Positions 37,073 through 46,576 of a DNA stretch of 64,000 nt are shown here, one piece after another. Below the pieces are notes generated by a model. The model made no database searches. It worked only from the letters and a program-made list of their open reading frames with translations, and was not told where the DNA came from. Numbering within the stretch: position 1 is the stretch's first letter; the number at the start of each line of letters is the position of its first letter. Source of the DNA: Armatimonadota bacterium (GTDB lineage: Bacteria; Armatimonadota; SYMT01); assembly GCA_046292385.1 (NCBI GenBank), contig JBKBRF010000029.1:30089-94088 (forward strand), in the 5' to 3' direction. The position numbers and the translations under genes were made by a program.

Positions 37073-38011
37073 ATGCAGTCCACCACAGTCCGAAGTAAGG
37101 AGTCGGTGCGCCGGTCGCGCCTGCGGCAGCTCCAGGGGGCGTGCTTCGCGCTGCCCGCGGTGATCGGCCTGCTCTGGTTCACCGCGTACCCGGTCCTCGC
37201 CTCGCTCTACTACAGCTTCTGCAACTACGCGGTGCTCAAGCCGCCGAAGTGGATCGGCGGTGCCAACTACGCCCACCTGCTGGAAGACCCGCTCTTCTTC
37301 ACCGCGCTCTGGAATACGGTCTTCTACGCCGTCTTCGCGGTGCCGCTCGGGATCTGCATGGCGCTCTCGCTCGCCCTGCTGCTGAACACGAAGGTCCGCG
37401 GACTGGCGTTCTACCGCACCTGCTTCTACGTCCCGTCCGTGGTGCCGATCGTAGCGAGCGCCATGCTCTGGATCTGGCTGCTCAACCCGGACAGCGGGGC
37501 GATCAACGATCTGCTGCGGCTCGTCGGCGTGCCTTCCAAGTACCTGCCGGGCTGGCTCCAGAGCCCCGAGTGGAGCAAGCCGGCCTTCATCCTCTGGAGC
37601 ACCTGGAACGTCGGCGGGGCGATGGTGATCTTCCTGGCGGCGCTGCAGGACGTCCCGAAGGAGCTGCACGAAGCGGCGGGGCTGGACGGCGCGCGGAAGT
37701 GGGACGTGTTCCGTCACGTGACGGTGCCGTTCATCAGCCCGCAGGTGCTCTTCACGGTGGTGATGGGGCTGATCGGCGCATTCCAGTTCTTTACGCCGGT
37801 TTACGTGATGACCAACGGCGAGGGGGGACCGGTCGACTCGACCACCCTCTACAGCCTCTACATGTTCAACGTCGCGTTCAGCGACTTCAAGATGGGCTAC
37901 GCCTGCGCGATGGCCTGGGTGCTGCTGCTGATCGTGCTGGCCGCCACCCTTTTCGTGATGAAGTCGAGCGCCCGCCACATCCACTACCAGGGCGGCGAGC
38001 CGAACGCTTGA
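37073..38011 (+). CDS. Carbohydrate ABC transporter permease (MalF-like)
   Basis: LQDVPKELHEAAGLDGA EAA loop; MGYACAMA. Confidence 0.93.
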   Translation: MQSTTVRSKESVRRSRLRQLQGACFALPAVIGLLWFTAYPVLASLYYSFCNYAVLKPPKWIGGANYAHLLEDPLFFTALWNTVFYAVFAVPLGICMALSLALLLNTKVRGLAFYRTCFYVPSVVPIVASAMLWIWLLNPDSGAINDLLRLVGVPSKYLPGWLQSPEWSKPAFILWSTWNVGGAMVIFLAALQDVPKELHEAAGLDGARKWDVFRHVTVPFISPQVLFTVVMGLIGAFQFFTPVYVMTNGEGGPVDSTTLYSLYMFNVAFSDFKMGYACAMAWVLLLIVLAATLFVMKSSARHIHYQGGEPNA

Positions 38012-38021
38012 GAGGAGTCCG

Positions 38022-38885
38022 ATGGCCCAGGCCGCGCTGAAGCCCAAACGCCGAGTCTCGCTCCGGAAAGCCGCCGGGGTCGCGCTGACGCACGCCGCGC
38101 TCCTGACGCTGAGCTGTATCTTCCTGATCCCGCTCTACTGGATGGTCTCCACCTCGGTAAAGACCGACGTTCAGCTCCAGGCGCTGCCGCCGGTCTGGAT
38201 CCCCAGCCCGCCGACGGGCGAGCACTATCAGAAGGCGCTCAGCTCGATGGCGTTCTTCCGGATGCTGGGGAACACCCTCATCGTGGCCGGACTCACGGTG
38301 CTGGGTACGGTGATCTCCTGCTCGCTGGTGGCGTACAGCCTGGCGATGACCCGCTGGAAGGGGCGCGACTGGCTGTTCTACCTGCTGCTCGCCACGATGA
38401 TGCTGCCGGCGCAGGTGACGATGGTCCCGCTCTTCGTGCTCTTCACGCGGATGGGGTGGGTCGATACGTTCGCCCCGCTCACGGTCCCCCACTTCTTCGG
38501 CAGCGCCTTCTCCATCTTCCTGATGCGTCAGTTCTTCCTCGGCATCCCGCGCGACCTGAGCGAGGCGGCGCGGATCGACGGCTGCGGCCTCTGGGGCATC
38601 TATGCCCGTATCGTGATGCCGCTCTCCAAGCCGGTTATCGCCACGGTGGCGCTTTTCGCCTTCCTGGCGGCGTGGAACGACTACCTGGGTCCGCTCATCT
38701 ATCTCGCCAGCGAGGAGAACTTCACGCTCTCTATCGGTCTCGCCATGTTCAACAGCCAATACGGCACCTTCCCGGGCCGGCTGATGGCGGTGAGCACCGT
38801 GATGACGATCCCCATCCTGGTGCTCTTCTTCCTCACCCAGCGCACCTTCATCCAGGGAATGAGCACGTCGGGCATCAAGGGGTAA
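38022..38885 (+). CDS. Carbohydrate ABC transporter permease (MalG-like)
   Basis: IPRDLSEAARIDG, WNDYLGPL, GIKG end. Confidence 0.93.
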   Translation: MAQAALKPKRRVSLRKAAGVALTHAALLTLSCIFLIPLYWMVSTSVKTDVQLQALPPVWIPSPPTGEHYQKALSSMAFFRMLGNTLIVAGLTVLGTVISCSLVAYSLAMTRWKGRDWLFYLLLATMMLPAQVTMVPLFVLFTRMGWVDTFAPLTVPHFFGSAFSIFLMRQFFLGIPRDLSEAARIDGCGLWGIYARIVMPLSKPVIATVALFAFLAAWNDYLGPLIYLASEENFTLSIGLAMFNSQYGTFPGRLMAVSTVMTIPILVLFFLTQRTFIQGMSTSGIKG

Positions 38886-38982
38886 AGGCTAAAGTATAAA
38901 GGCAAAAGGCTAAAGTTCCGAACCACCTCTCGTCGAAGAATGGTCCGGACTTTAGCCTTTTGCCTTTTTACTTTAGCCTTTA
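38883..38982. repeat. Inverted pair of AT-rich TAAAGGC heptamer arrays forming a long hairpin
   Basis: 34-nt arms match at 33 positions; each outer end contains the TAA stop of a flanking convergent gene. Confidence 0.9.
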
Positions 38983-39798
38983 AAAGACTCTTACGCCGGG
39001 CTGTAGCTCGGTGGTGGCGATCACCTGCGGCGCCTGGTGTGCGGTGGTGCCGTAGAGCTGCACCGAGGGTGCCAGCTCTTCCGCGGGCTGCTGCACCGGC
39101 GGCTGGGCCGGCTGCGACGCCTGCGACGGCCGGGCCGGAGCCTGCGAAGCGAAGTCCGGCACCGCCAGCTGCATGCTGGAGATCTGCGGGATCTCCATCG
39201 GCGCGGAAGTCCCTGCCATCATGGGCGCCTGCGCCATCATCGGCCCGCGCTGCTCAACCGCCACCGGGGCGGCTGCGACGAGAGCCGGGGCGGACTTTCG
39301 GGCCGGACGCGCGGGCGCGGCCATGTCCTCCTGGTAGACCGGCGTGATCGTCACGACCGGCTGTCCCGCTACCGCGGCCGCGTTCGGAATCGCGCTCTCC
39401 TGCGGGAGCACCGTCACCTCGGACGGCGACACCGGCAGCTCCAGGGAGCTCCCGTAGCCGGTGCCGGTCGGAGCCAGCGCCACCTGGGTGCCGGAGTCGG
39501 CGTTCACAGTCGTCGGCTCTCCACCAAACATCGTCCCCACGGCCAGCACGCACGCGAGTACCCCGCCGGCGACCAGCGGCAGGTAGCGGCGGCGCGACTC
39601 GGTGCTGTCCACGGCGTCCACCGCCAGCCGGCCCGGCGTCCACGCCATCGTCGGCTCGTTTCCCGCACCCCACTGCAGGGTCGGCTCATCGGTTGGGGTC
39701 CGATACGGCGCTCCGAAATCGACCCCATTGCACGCGGGGCACTCCCGCGCGGTCGCGTCCGCGATATATCCGCAGCTTTCGCAGTTCTTCTGTTCCAT
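38980..39798 (-). CDS. Hypothetical protein: N-terminal zinc ribbon, one TM helix, Pro/Ala/Gln-rich tail
   Basis: MEQKNCESC...CPAC; GGGAG RBS before ATG 39798; C-terminal part of ORF 38980..40611. Confidence 0.72.
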   Translation of the reverse strand: MEQKNCESCGYIADATARECPACNGVDFGAPYRTPTDEPTLQWGAGNEPTMAWTPGRLAVDAVDSTESRRRYLPLVAGGVLACVLAVGTMFGGEPTTVNADSGTQVALAPTGTGYGSSLELPVSPSEVTVLPQESAIPNAAAVAGQPVVTITPVYQEDMAAPARPARKSAPALVAAAPVAVEQRGPMMAQAPMMAGTSAPMEIPQISSMQLAVPDFASQAPARPSQASQPAQPPVQQPAEELAPSVQLYGTTAHQAPQVIATTELQPGVRVF

Positions 39799-40062
39799 CT
39801 CCCCCAGTCTCTCCCTCGTCTCGCTTCGTATTCCCAAAGTTAGTTTGTTAGCTCGTTCCGGCCAGTGATTACCCGTTCTCCGGGAATTCAAGTCGTTTCC
39901 CGGGTGACATTTTCGTGACCGGCTCACCGTGCGGTCGCCCGCTGCCGGAGGCGTTTTGATCCGCTTTCCGCGGGGTACGCTCACGGCACCGGATAGACGG
40001 GCGTAAGGGGCCGTGACCGGCGAGTAGACGGCACCTCCGGGTGCCGGGGAGAGGGAGAGGGA

Positions 40063-40503
40063 ATGAAGAACATTCGAGCTACCGCCGGCGCGGTTGCCGG
40101 CCTGATGATGGCTGGACTGGCCGGCTGCGCCGGCGAGCGGATCGGCGCGGAGTCGCCGTATCAGGAGCCGACTCCGTATCAGCAGCCGTACCGGCAGCAG
40201 GAGCAGCAGGGCATGAGCGGCCGGCAGAAGGTGATGCTGCTGGCGGGCGCCGCGGCGCTGTACTACATGTGGAACAAGCACAAAGACCGCCAGGGACACG
40301 GCCCGGAAGGGCAGTATTACCGCTCCCGGAACGGGCGAATCTACTACCGCGACGCCCAGGGGCAGGCGCACTGGGTGACCCCGCCGCGGCAGCCGATCCA
40401 GGTGCCGATCGACGAGTACGAGCGAGTTACGGGAGAGAACGTGAACGGCTACGACGGCCGAGTGCTCCAGAACGCGCCGCGGGACTTCGGCTACGCCTAT
40501 TAA
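40063..40503 (+). CDS. Hypothetical lipoprotein
   Basis: LAGC lipobox; LLAGAAALYYMWNKHK; YYRSRNGRIYYRD; strong RBS. Confidence 0.8.
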   Translation: MKNIRATAGAVAGLMMAGLAGCAGERIGAESPYQEPTPYQQPYRQQEQQGMSGRQKVMLLAGAAALYYMWNKHKDRQGHGPEGQYYRSRNGRIYYRDAQGQAHWVTPPRQPIQVPIDEYERVTGENVNGYDGRVLQNAPRDFGYAY

Positions 40504-40573
40504 CCCGCAGCGGTGACGGAGTAAAGAGCCTGGCGTCCGGCCGCGAAGGCCGGAGGCTGAAAGGAGTGGGGAG

Positions 40574-40939
40574 ATGGATTTCCGGAACTTACTGGGCGGC
40601 GTGCTCGACATGCTGACCGGCGGGCAGACCCAGCGCCAGCGCCGGCCGAACGTTCGCCCGGCGGCGGAGGACCCGTGGGGCGATCCCGCGGACCAGGGCT
40701 ACGCGCCCACGGGCACCTACCAGGGCAGGAACGTGCGGCCCGCGAGCGAGGACCCGTACGGCGACCCCGCGGACGAATTCCAGGGGCAGCAGGTGCGCCC
40801 CGCGAGTATGGACCCGTACGGGGATCCGGCAGACCAGTTCCAGGGACACCAGGTGCTCGACTCGTCCCAGGACCCGTACGGCGACCCGGCCGATGAGGAG
40901 CGGTACCAGCCGCAGGGCCCGAGGCGGCGGCGCTACTAG
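40574..40939 (+). CDS. Small hydrophilic protein with four DP(Y/W)GDPAD repeats
   Basis: Four VRPASxDPYGDPAD-type units; GGAG RBS. Confidence 0.82.
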   Translation: MDFRNLLGGVLDMLTGGQTQRQRRPNVRPAAEDPWGDPADQGYAPTGTYQGRNVRPASEDPYGDPADEFQGQQVRPASMDPYGDPADQFQGHQVLDSSQDPYGDPADEERYQPQGPRRRRY

Positions 40940-40949
40940 GCGCGCGCTG

Positions 40950-40998
40950 GTACGCGAGAAAGGGGAGGGCCACAACGGCCCTCCCCTTTCTCGCGTAC
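40950..40998. terminator. Perfect 22-bp inverted repeat between convergent genes
   Basis: GTACGCGAGAAAGGGGAGGGCC-acaac-GGCCCTCCCCTTTCTCGCGTAC. Confidence 0.75.
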
Positions 40999-41015
40999 GG
41001 TGACGGCCCGCCAAC

Positions 41016-42455
41016 TCAGGCCAGGATCGGGGTGATCAGCTCGCCGAAGACGTCGGTGAGGCGGAAGTCCCGGCCGCTGTAGCGGTAGGTAAGCCGCTTG
41101 TGGTCGATGCCGAGCAGGTGGAGCATCGTGGCGTGGAGGTCGTGGATGCTCACCTTGTCCTGCACGGCGTAGTAGCCGTAATCGTCCGTGGCGCCGTGGG
41201 TGACCCCGCCCTTGATGCCGCCGCCGGCGAGCCACATGGTGAAGCCGAACGGGTTGTGGTCTCGCCCGTTCGCCCCCTGCGCCATCGGGGTGCGGCCGAA
41301 CTCCCCGCCCCACACCACCAGCGTGTCATCCAGCAGCCCGCGCGCCTTCAGGTCCTTCAGCAGGCCCGCAATCGGCTTGTCCACCGCCTTCGCGTTCCGC
41401 TCGTGACCGCCCTTCAGGTCGCCGTGCTGGTCCCAGCGGTCCGCGCCGACGTTCGGGCAGAGCAGCTCCACAAACCGCACGCCGCGCTCCACCAGCCGCC
41501 GAGCCACCAGGCACTGGTGGCCGAAGAGCTCGGTCGGCTTCTCGTCCAGGCCGTAGAGCTGCTTGGTCGCCTCCGTCTCACCGGAGAGGTCCATCAGGTT
41601 CGGCACCGCGGCCTGCATCTTGAAGGCGAGCTCGTAGTTGGAGATCGCCGCCTCCACGCGGTTATCGACCGCCAGCCTCGCCTTGCCGCGCTGGTCCAGC
41701 TTCCGCATCAGGTCGAGCTTGCTCACCTGAAACTCCGGCTTCGGCTCGGTGCGGAGCAGGTCGGCGATTGGCTCCCGGCCGTTCCGGAACGGCGACCCCT
41801 GGTACGATGCGGGCAGGAAGCCGCTGTTGAAGCAGTCGAGCCCGCCCGGGGGGATCATGCCGCTGTTCAGGACGATGAACCCCGGCAGGTCCCGGCAGTC
41901 GCTGCCGAGGCCGTAGGTGATCCAGGAGCCCATGCTGGGCCGGCCCTGCAGGCCGTGCCCGGAGTGGATGAAGTAGTTGGCGTTCGTGTGCTCGGAGAAG
42001 TCGGCGACCATCGACCGGATGATCGCCATGTCGTCCACGCAGGTGGCGACGTGCGGGAAGAGGTCGCTCACCCACGCGCCGCTCTGGCCGTACTGCCGGA
42101 ACTCCCACGGCGACTTGAGGACCTTGCCCACGTCGTTGAACTGCGTGGGCGGGACCTTCATCTTGATCGGCTCGCCGTGCTCCTTAACGAGGCGGGGCTT
42201 GGGGTCGAAGGTGTCGACCTGCGACGGGCCTCCATCCATGAAGAGGAAGATGACGCTCTTCGCCTTCGGCGCGTAGTGGCCGGACTTCGGGGCGAGCGGG
42301 TCGAGCGAGCGGCCGGGCGCGGCCGGCTTCACCGGAGCCGCCAGGCCCTCGTCCGCCATCAACGTCGCGAGCGCCATCATGCCGAAGCCGTTCGCGCAGC
42401 GGGCGAGCATGTCGCGCCGCGTGAGGGGGTTCTTCTGGAATCGCTTACAGTGCAT
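41016..42455 (-). CDS. DUF1501 domain protein
   Basis: TRRDML, FMDGGPSQVDTFDPKP, WDQH, GEFGRTP, GRDHNP. Confidence 0.93.
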   Translation of the reverse strand: MHCKRFQKNPLTRRDMLARCANGFGMMALATLMADEGLAAPVKPAAPGRSLDPLAPKSGHYAPKAKSVIFLFMDGGPSQVDTFDPKPRLVKEHGEPIKMKVPPTQFNDVGKVLKSPWEFRQYGQSGAWVSDLFPHVATCVDDMAIIRSMVADFSEHTNANYFIHSGHGLQGRPSMGSWITYGLGSDCRDLPGFIVLNSGMIPPGGLDCFNSGFLPASYQGSPFRNGREPIADLLRTEPKPEFQVSKLDLMRKLDQRGKARLAVDNRVEAAISNYELAFKMQAAVPNLMDLSGETEATKQLYGLDEKPTELFGHQCLVARRLVERGVRFVELLCPNVGADRWDQHGDLKGGHERNAKAVDKPIAGLLKDLKARGLLDDTLVVWGGEFGRTPMAQGANGRDHNPFGFTMWLAGGGIKGGVTHGATDDYGYYAVQDKVSIHDLHATMLHLLGIDHKRLTYRYSGRDFRLTDVFGELITPILA

Positions 42456-42467
42456 CCGGCTGGGGTC

Positions 42468-45400
42468 CTAGTTGACGAAAATGAACTCTTTGACGTTGAT
42501 CAGCACGTGGCAGAGGTCCGACCAGGCGCGCAGCTCGCCTTCCTTCTCGTACTGCCCGGCCTGGGCGGCGACGAAGGCGAGCGCGTCGCCCCGCTCCTCC
42601 GCGGTGGGCGCGCGCCCGAACGCTTCGAGGTACATGCGCTCCACCCGCTGCTCCGGAGTCAGCTCCGGCATCGCGAGGAGACGCTTCGCCCAGACGCCCG
42701 TTTGCTCCACCACGAGCGGGTTGTTCATCAGGACGAGCGCCTGCGCGGGCACCGTCGAGACGCTGCGCCGGCCCATCGTGTTGAACGGGATCGGGTAGTC
42801 GAACGCCAGGAACATCGGCGTCAGGAAGTTGCGGCGCACGCTGATGTAGAGGCTGCGGCGGCCGTCACCGTCCAGCGGGCCGCTCGACGCCGGCCGCCCG
42901 CGGCCTTCCATGAACGGGGTCAGGAACGGCAGCACGCTGGGGCCATAAAGGGTGCGGTCGAGCCGGCCGGAAACCGCCAGCACGGCGTCTCGGATCGCCT
43001 CCGCCTCCAGCCGGCGGACCGGCATCCGGGAGACCAGTTTGTTCGCCGGGTCCTTCGCCTCCGCGCCGGGCGCCGGGGCGCTCGACATCTGATAGGCGGA
43101 GGAGAGCAGCATCATCCGGTGCATCTCCTTCATCGACCAGCCCTTGCGGACGAACTCCGAGGTGAGGAACTCGAGCAGCTCCGGATGGGTCGGCGCCTCG
43201 CCGCGCACGCCGAAGTCGTCCGGCGTGCGGACGATGCCTTCCACGAAGTGGTGCCGCCAGATCCGGTTTACCATCACGCGGGCCGCGAGCGGCGTGGCGG
43301 TCACCTTCCGGGCCAGCTCCAGGCGGCCGCTGCCCGCGGCCGGCGCCGGCTGCTTCGGTCCGGCCAGCGCCTCCAGGTAGCGGCGCTCCACCACCGGCCC
43401 GCGGCTGCGGTAGCTGCCGCGGATGTAGACGTAGCAGTCTTCCGGCGTGCCGTCGGCGATGGCGAGCACGCGGGTGGGGAGCTGGATCTCCGTCTCCACC
43501 TTCCGCCGCGCTTCCAGCATCCGCGCCAGCTCCGCCTGGTCCCGCATGGAGACCGGGCCGCCGGTCAGCGTCTCGTTCCGAAGCGTCCAGTTCGCCATCT
43601 CGAGCAGCGCCGGGTCGCTCCCGGCGGCCATGGCGCTGCGGGTGGCGTCCGCCAGCAGGGTGCCGTAGGCGCTGGCGAGCTTCTCCGGCGTGTCGATCGC
43701 CGCGTCGTCGAGGAGCTTCAGCACCTGCGGGTTCGGCGCCGCCGGCGCCACGCGGCTGTCGGCGAACGAGACGTGGTCGACCGCGATGAAGCCGTCCCCG
43801 TAGTCGAGGAACTCCAGGTAGGCCTTGTGGCCGGTCCACTGGCCGACGTCCATGGAGTACCAGGCGAGCTGCGGCGACCTCACGTCGATCGTCAGGCCGC
43901 CGTAGATCGGGTAGCGGATCCGCTGGAAGCCGTCGATCACCAGGTTCACGGTGGCGCCGCGTCCCGCCATCCGGAAGAGGATCTGCGGTTTGCTGATCTC
44001 GAAGGTCTGCGACCGGAGCGTCCCCTCCAGCCGGTCCGCCAGGCGGCCGCTGTTGGCGGTGCCGGGGCCGACCACCTGCTCCACGCGGGTGGCGTCGTCC
44101 TGGGCGAACCGGATCGCCGTGCTGCGGCTGGGGCTGGAGCCGAACGCCTCGCCGGTGGTGACCCAGTCGCCGTAGGTGGCGCCGTTGAAGTCCGCGAAGG
44201 TGACCGCGCCGGCCAGCGCCTTCTCGGAGCGCTCCGCGATCTCACGCAGCCGGCCGGCCAGCTCCGCCTTCTTCTGCGGGAAGGTCGCGGCGCTCTCGCC
44301 GCGGAGCACCGCCCAGGCGTGGAACGGATCGCTCGGGTTCTTCGCCGCCGTCTCGGTCAGGTACTTGTTCCAGGCCTCCGAGGCCAGGTCCGGCGCTCCC
44401 GCCGCCGCCAGGACTGCGGTGCGCGGCCGGGTCGCCTGAAGCTGCGCCGGCAGCCCGCTCAGCGCCTGCAGGCGGCGGGAGGTCCACTCCTGCGCCAGCA
44501 TCGGCCGGATGCGGGTGTCGATCCCCTCCAGCTCCCGCGCGGCGGCCCGCGCCGGCTCCGGCGAGTCGATCGCCGCGAAGTGGTAGCGCGAGCTCTTGAG
44601 GTAGCCGACCAGCGCGTAGTAGTCCTTGGCGGAGATCGGGTCGAACTTGTGATCGTGGCACTTCGCGCAGCCCATCGAGAGGCCCAGGAACGTCTTGGAG
44701 AAGACGTCGAGCTGGTTGTCGATCCGCTCCGCCTCGTCTTCGCGGAGGTCGACCGGCGAGTGCTTGCCTTCGCCCAGGAACCAGTAGCCGGTAGCGATGA
44801 CCGACTCGTTGAACTGCTTCTCCGCGTCCCGGCGCGGCTGCGGCAGCAGGTCGCCGGCCACGTGCTCCGTCACGAACTGGTTGTACGGCACGTCGTTGTT
44901 GAACGCGCGGATCAGGTAGTCGCGGTACTGGTAGGCGTTCGGCTTCTCGAAGTCGAACTCGTGGCCGTCGGTCTCCGCGAAGCGGACCAGGTCCAACCAG
45001 TGGCGCGCCCACCGCTCGCCGTAGTGCGGCGAAGCGAGCAGCCGCTCGACCACCTTCTTATAAGCGTCCGGGCTCTTGTCGGCCTGGAAGGCGCGGATCT
45101 CCTCGACCGTCGGCGGCAAGCCGGTGAGGTCGTACGTCACCCGGCGCAGCAGCGTCAGGCGGTCGGCCGGCCTGGCGGGGGTAATGCCCGCCTTCTCCAG
45201 CCCGGCCAGAATGAAGGCGTCGATCGGGTTCTTTACCCACGCCTGGTTCTTCACCGCCGGCACGGCGGGGCGCTTGAACGGCTTGAACGCCCAGTGCTGG
45301 CTGGCACGCGTGCGCAGATCGGCGACCGGCTCGGCCTTCGGCGCCTTCGCGCCCGCCTCCGCCGGCCAGGGGGCGCCCATCTTCACCCACTCCACGAACG

Positions 45401-45953
45401 CCTCGATCTGCTCCGCGGGCAGCTTGCCCTTCGGCGGCATCTTCAGCTCGTCTTCGTAGTGGAGCGCCTTGACGAAGAGGCTCTTCTCCGGGTCGCCCGG
45501 CACGATCGACGGTCCATGGTCGCCGCCCTTCAGCAGCGCGGCGCGAGTGCCGACCCTCAGCCCACCCATCGGCGACGAGGAGGCCATCGAATGGCAGCCC
45601 TGGCAGCTTTCCACGAGCACCGGGCGGATCTTCTTCTCGAAGAACTCGATCTGCTCCAGGGTGAACTCCGGAACCGCCTCCGCTTCCACGGCAGGTGCCG
45701 CCGCGCTCGGCTTCGCCGCCGGCTTCACCGCTGCCTTTGCCGGGGCCTTTACCGCTGCCTTTGCCGGGGCCTTCGCCGGCTTTCGGGCCGCCTTGCTGCC
45801 AGCCGGCGCGGCGAAGAGCACGGCCGGGCCTACGCCGAGCAGCGCCAGCAGCGACGCGCCCACCGCCAGGTTCCACCGGCGGGTCCGTCCGCGGGGGACT
45901 GTAACAGGTGCTCCGTGGAGCGTCTCATCGGAAGCGGTGAGCCGGCGCGGCAT
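42468..45953 (-). CDS. Planctomycete cytochrome c / DUF1549 / DUF1553 (PSD1) protein
   Basis: FFEKKIRPVL..CQGCH, NPIDAFI, LLASPHYGERWARHWLD, CAKCHDHK, PTHPELL, PAQAL; start uncertain. Confidence 0.92.
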   Translation of the reverse strand: MPRRLTASDETLHGAPVTVPRGRTRRWNLAVGASLLALLGVGPAVLFAAPAGSKAARKPAKAPAKAAVKAPAKAAVKPAAKPSAAAPAVEAEAVPEFTLEQIEFFEKKIRPVLVESCQGCHSMASSSPMGGLRVGTRAALLKGGDHGPSIVPGDPEKSLFVKALHYEDELKMPPKGKLPAEQIEAFVEWVKMGAPWPAEAGAKAPKAEPVADLRTRASQHWAFKPFKRPAVPAVKNQAWVKNPIDAFILAGLEKAGITPARPADRLTLLRRVTYDLTGLPPTVEEIRAFQADKSPDAYKKVVERLLASPHYGERWARHWLDLVRFAETDGHEFDFEKPNAYQYRDYLIRAFNNDVPYNQFVTEHVAGDLLPQPRRDAEKQFNESVIATGYWFLGEGKHSPVDLREDEAERIDNQLDVFSKTFLGLSMGCAKCHDHKFDPISAKDYYALVGYLKSSRYHFAAIDSPEPARAAARELEGIDTRIRPMLAQEWTSRRLQALSGLPAQLQATRPRTAVLAAAGAPDLASEAWNKYLTETAAKNPSDPFHAWAVLRGESAATFPQKKAELAGRLREIAERSEKALAGAVTFADFNGATYGDWVTTGEAFGSSPSRSTAIRFAQDDATRVEQVVGPGTANSGRLADRLEGTLRSQTFEISKPQILFRMAGRGATVNLVIDGFQRIRYPIYGGLTIDVRSPQLAWYSMDVGQWTGHKAYLEFLDYGDGFIAVDHVSFADSRVAPAAPNPQVLKLLDDAAIDTPEKLASAYGTLLADATRSAMAAGSDPALLEMANWTLRNETLTGGPVSMRDQAELARMLEARRKVETEIQLPTRVLAIADGTPEDCYVYIRGSYRSRGPVVERRYLEALAGPKQPAPAAGSGRLELARKVTATPLAARVMVNRIWRHHFVEGIVRTPDDFGVRGEAPTHPELLEFLTSEFVRKGWSMKEMHRMMLLSSAYQMSSAPAPGAEAKDPANKLVSRMPVRRLEAEAIRDAVLAVSGRLDRTLYGPSVLPFLTPFMEGRGRPASSGPLDGDGRRSLYISVRRNFLTPMFLAFDYPIPFNTMGRRSVSTVPAQALVLMNNPLVVEQTGVWAKRLLAMPELTPEQRVERMYLEAFGRAPTAEERGDALAFVAAQAGQYEKEGELRAWSDLCHVLINVKEFIFVN

Positions 45954-46169
45954 AGTAACAGAACCCTTTAGAACGCGTGACACGGACCCCGGGCGTGAGG
46001 TCCTCCCTGTAATCCTACGTAAAAGTGGACACCGATGCGAGCCCGGAGTGGCACCCGGGCGGTAGTGTTTCGGTTGGGAGTTGCCCCGGAAGGTCGCTGT
46101 ACGAGCTGCGGAGCGGCTCACGGCGGGAGCAGCTCCCCTTCTCTTGATACCCGCTCTGGGCACCCGGCT

Positions 46170-46424
46170 TCAGCGCCGGCGCAGCAAGTAGAGCACGAAC
46201 GAGCCGAGGCCGGCGAAGCGGTAGCCCGGGTCGACGTACTTCTCGATCACGTAGAAGGCGAAGTAGTAGAAGCGGGCGAAGCAGCCCACGGCCAGCCCCA
46301 GCAGCAGCGCTACCTTGAGCGAGGGATACTCCAGCAGCAGCGCGGCCGAGGCCATGATCCCGGCCAGCAGGAAGAGGAAGCCCTTCAGGTAGATCAGCTT
46401 CGGATTGGTGAGATCGCGGAACAT
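46170..46424 (-). CDS. Small membrane protein of unknown function
   Basis: MFRDLTNPKLIYLKGFLFL...FARFYYFAFYVIEKYVDP; GGAGG RBS. Confidence 0.75.
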   Translation of the reverse strand: MFRDLTNPKLIYLKGFLFLLAGIMASAALLLEYPSLKVALLLGLAVGCFARFYYFAFYVIEKYVDPGYRFAGLGSFVLYLLRRR

Positions 46425-46576
46425 CGGCTGCCTCCCTCCACGACGGGCGGTCCCCTCTTCAGACGCCTGGGAGGTCGCTCGCGTTCGGGCGACGCAGCGC
46501 TTCGTGTGAGCGGGCGTGAAAGGGGGCAAGCTACGTGTAAGAGAGGATCCCTGCCGGGTCGCGGAGAGCCCTGCGA

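Noticed and set aside
45727..45775. 24-bp tandem duplication
   Set aside because: Encodes an Ala/Lys/Pro linker (KAPAKAAV) in the PSD1 protein; ordinary low-complexity sequence
41100..45971. 1623-aa plus-strand ORF
   Set aside because: Antisense shadow of the DUF1501 and PSD1 genes; no recognisable motifs; expected in high-GC DNA
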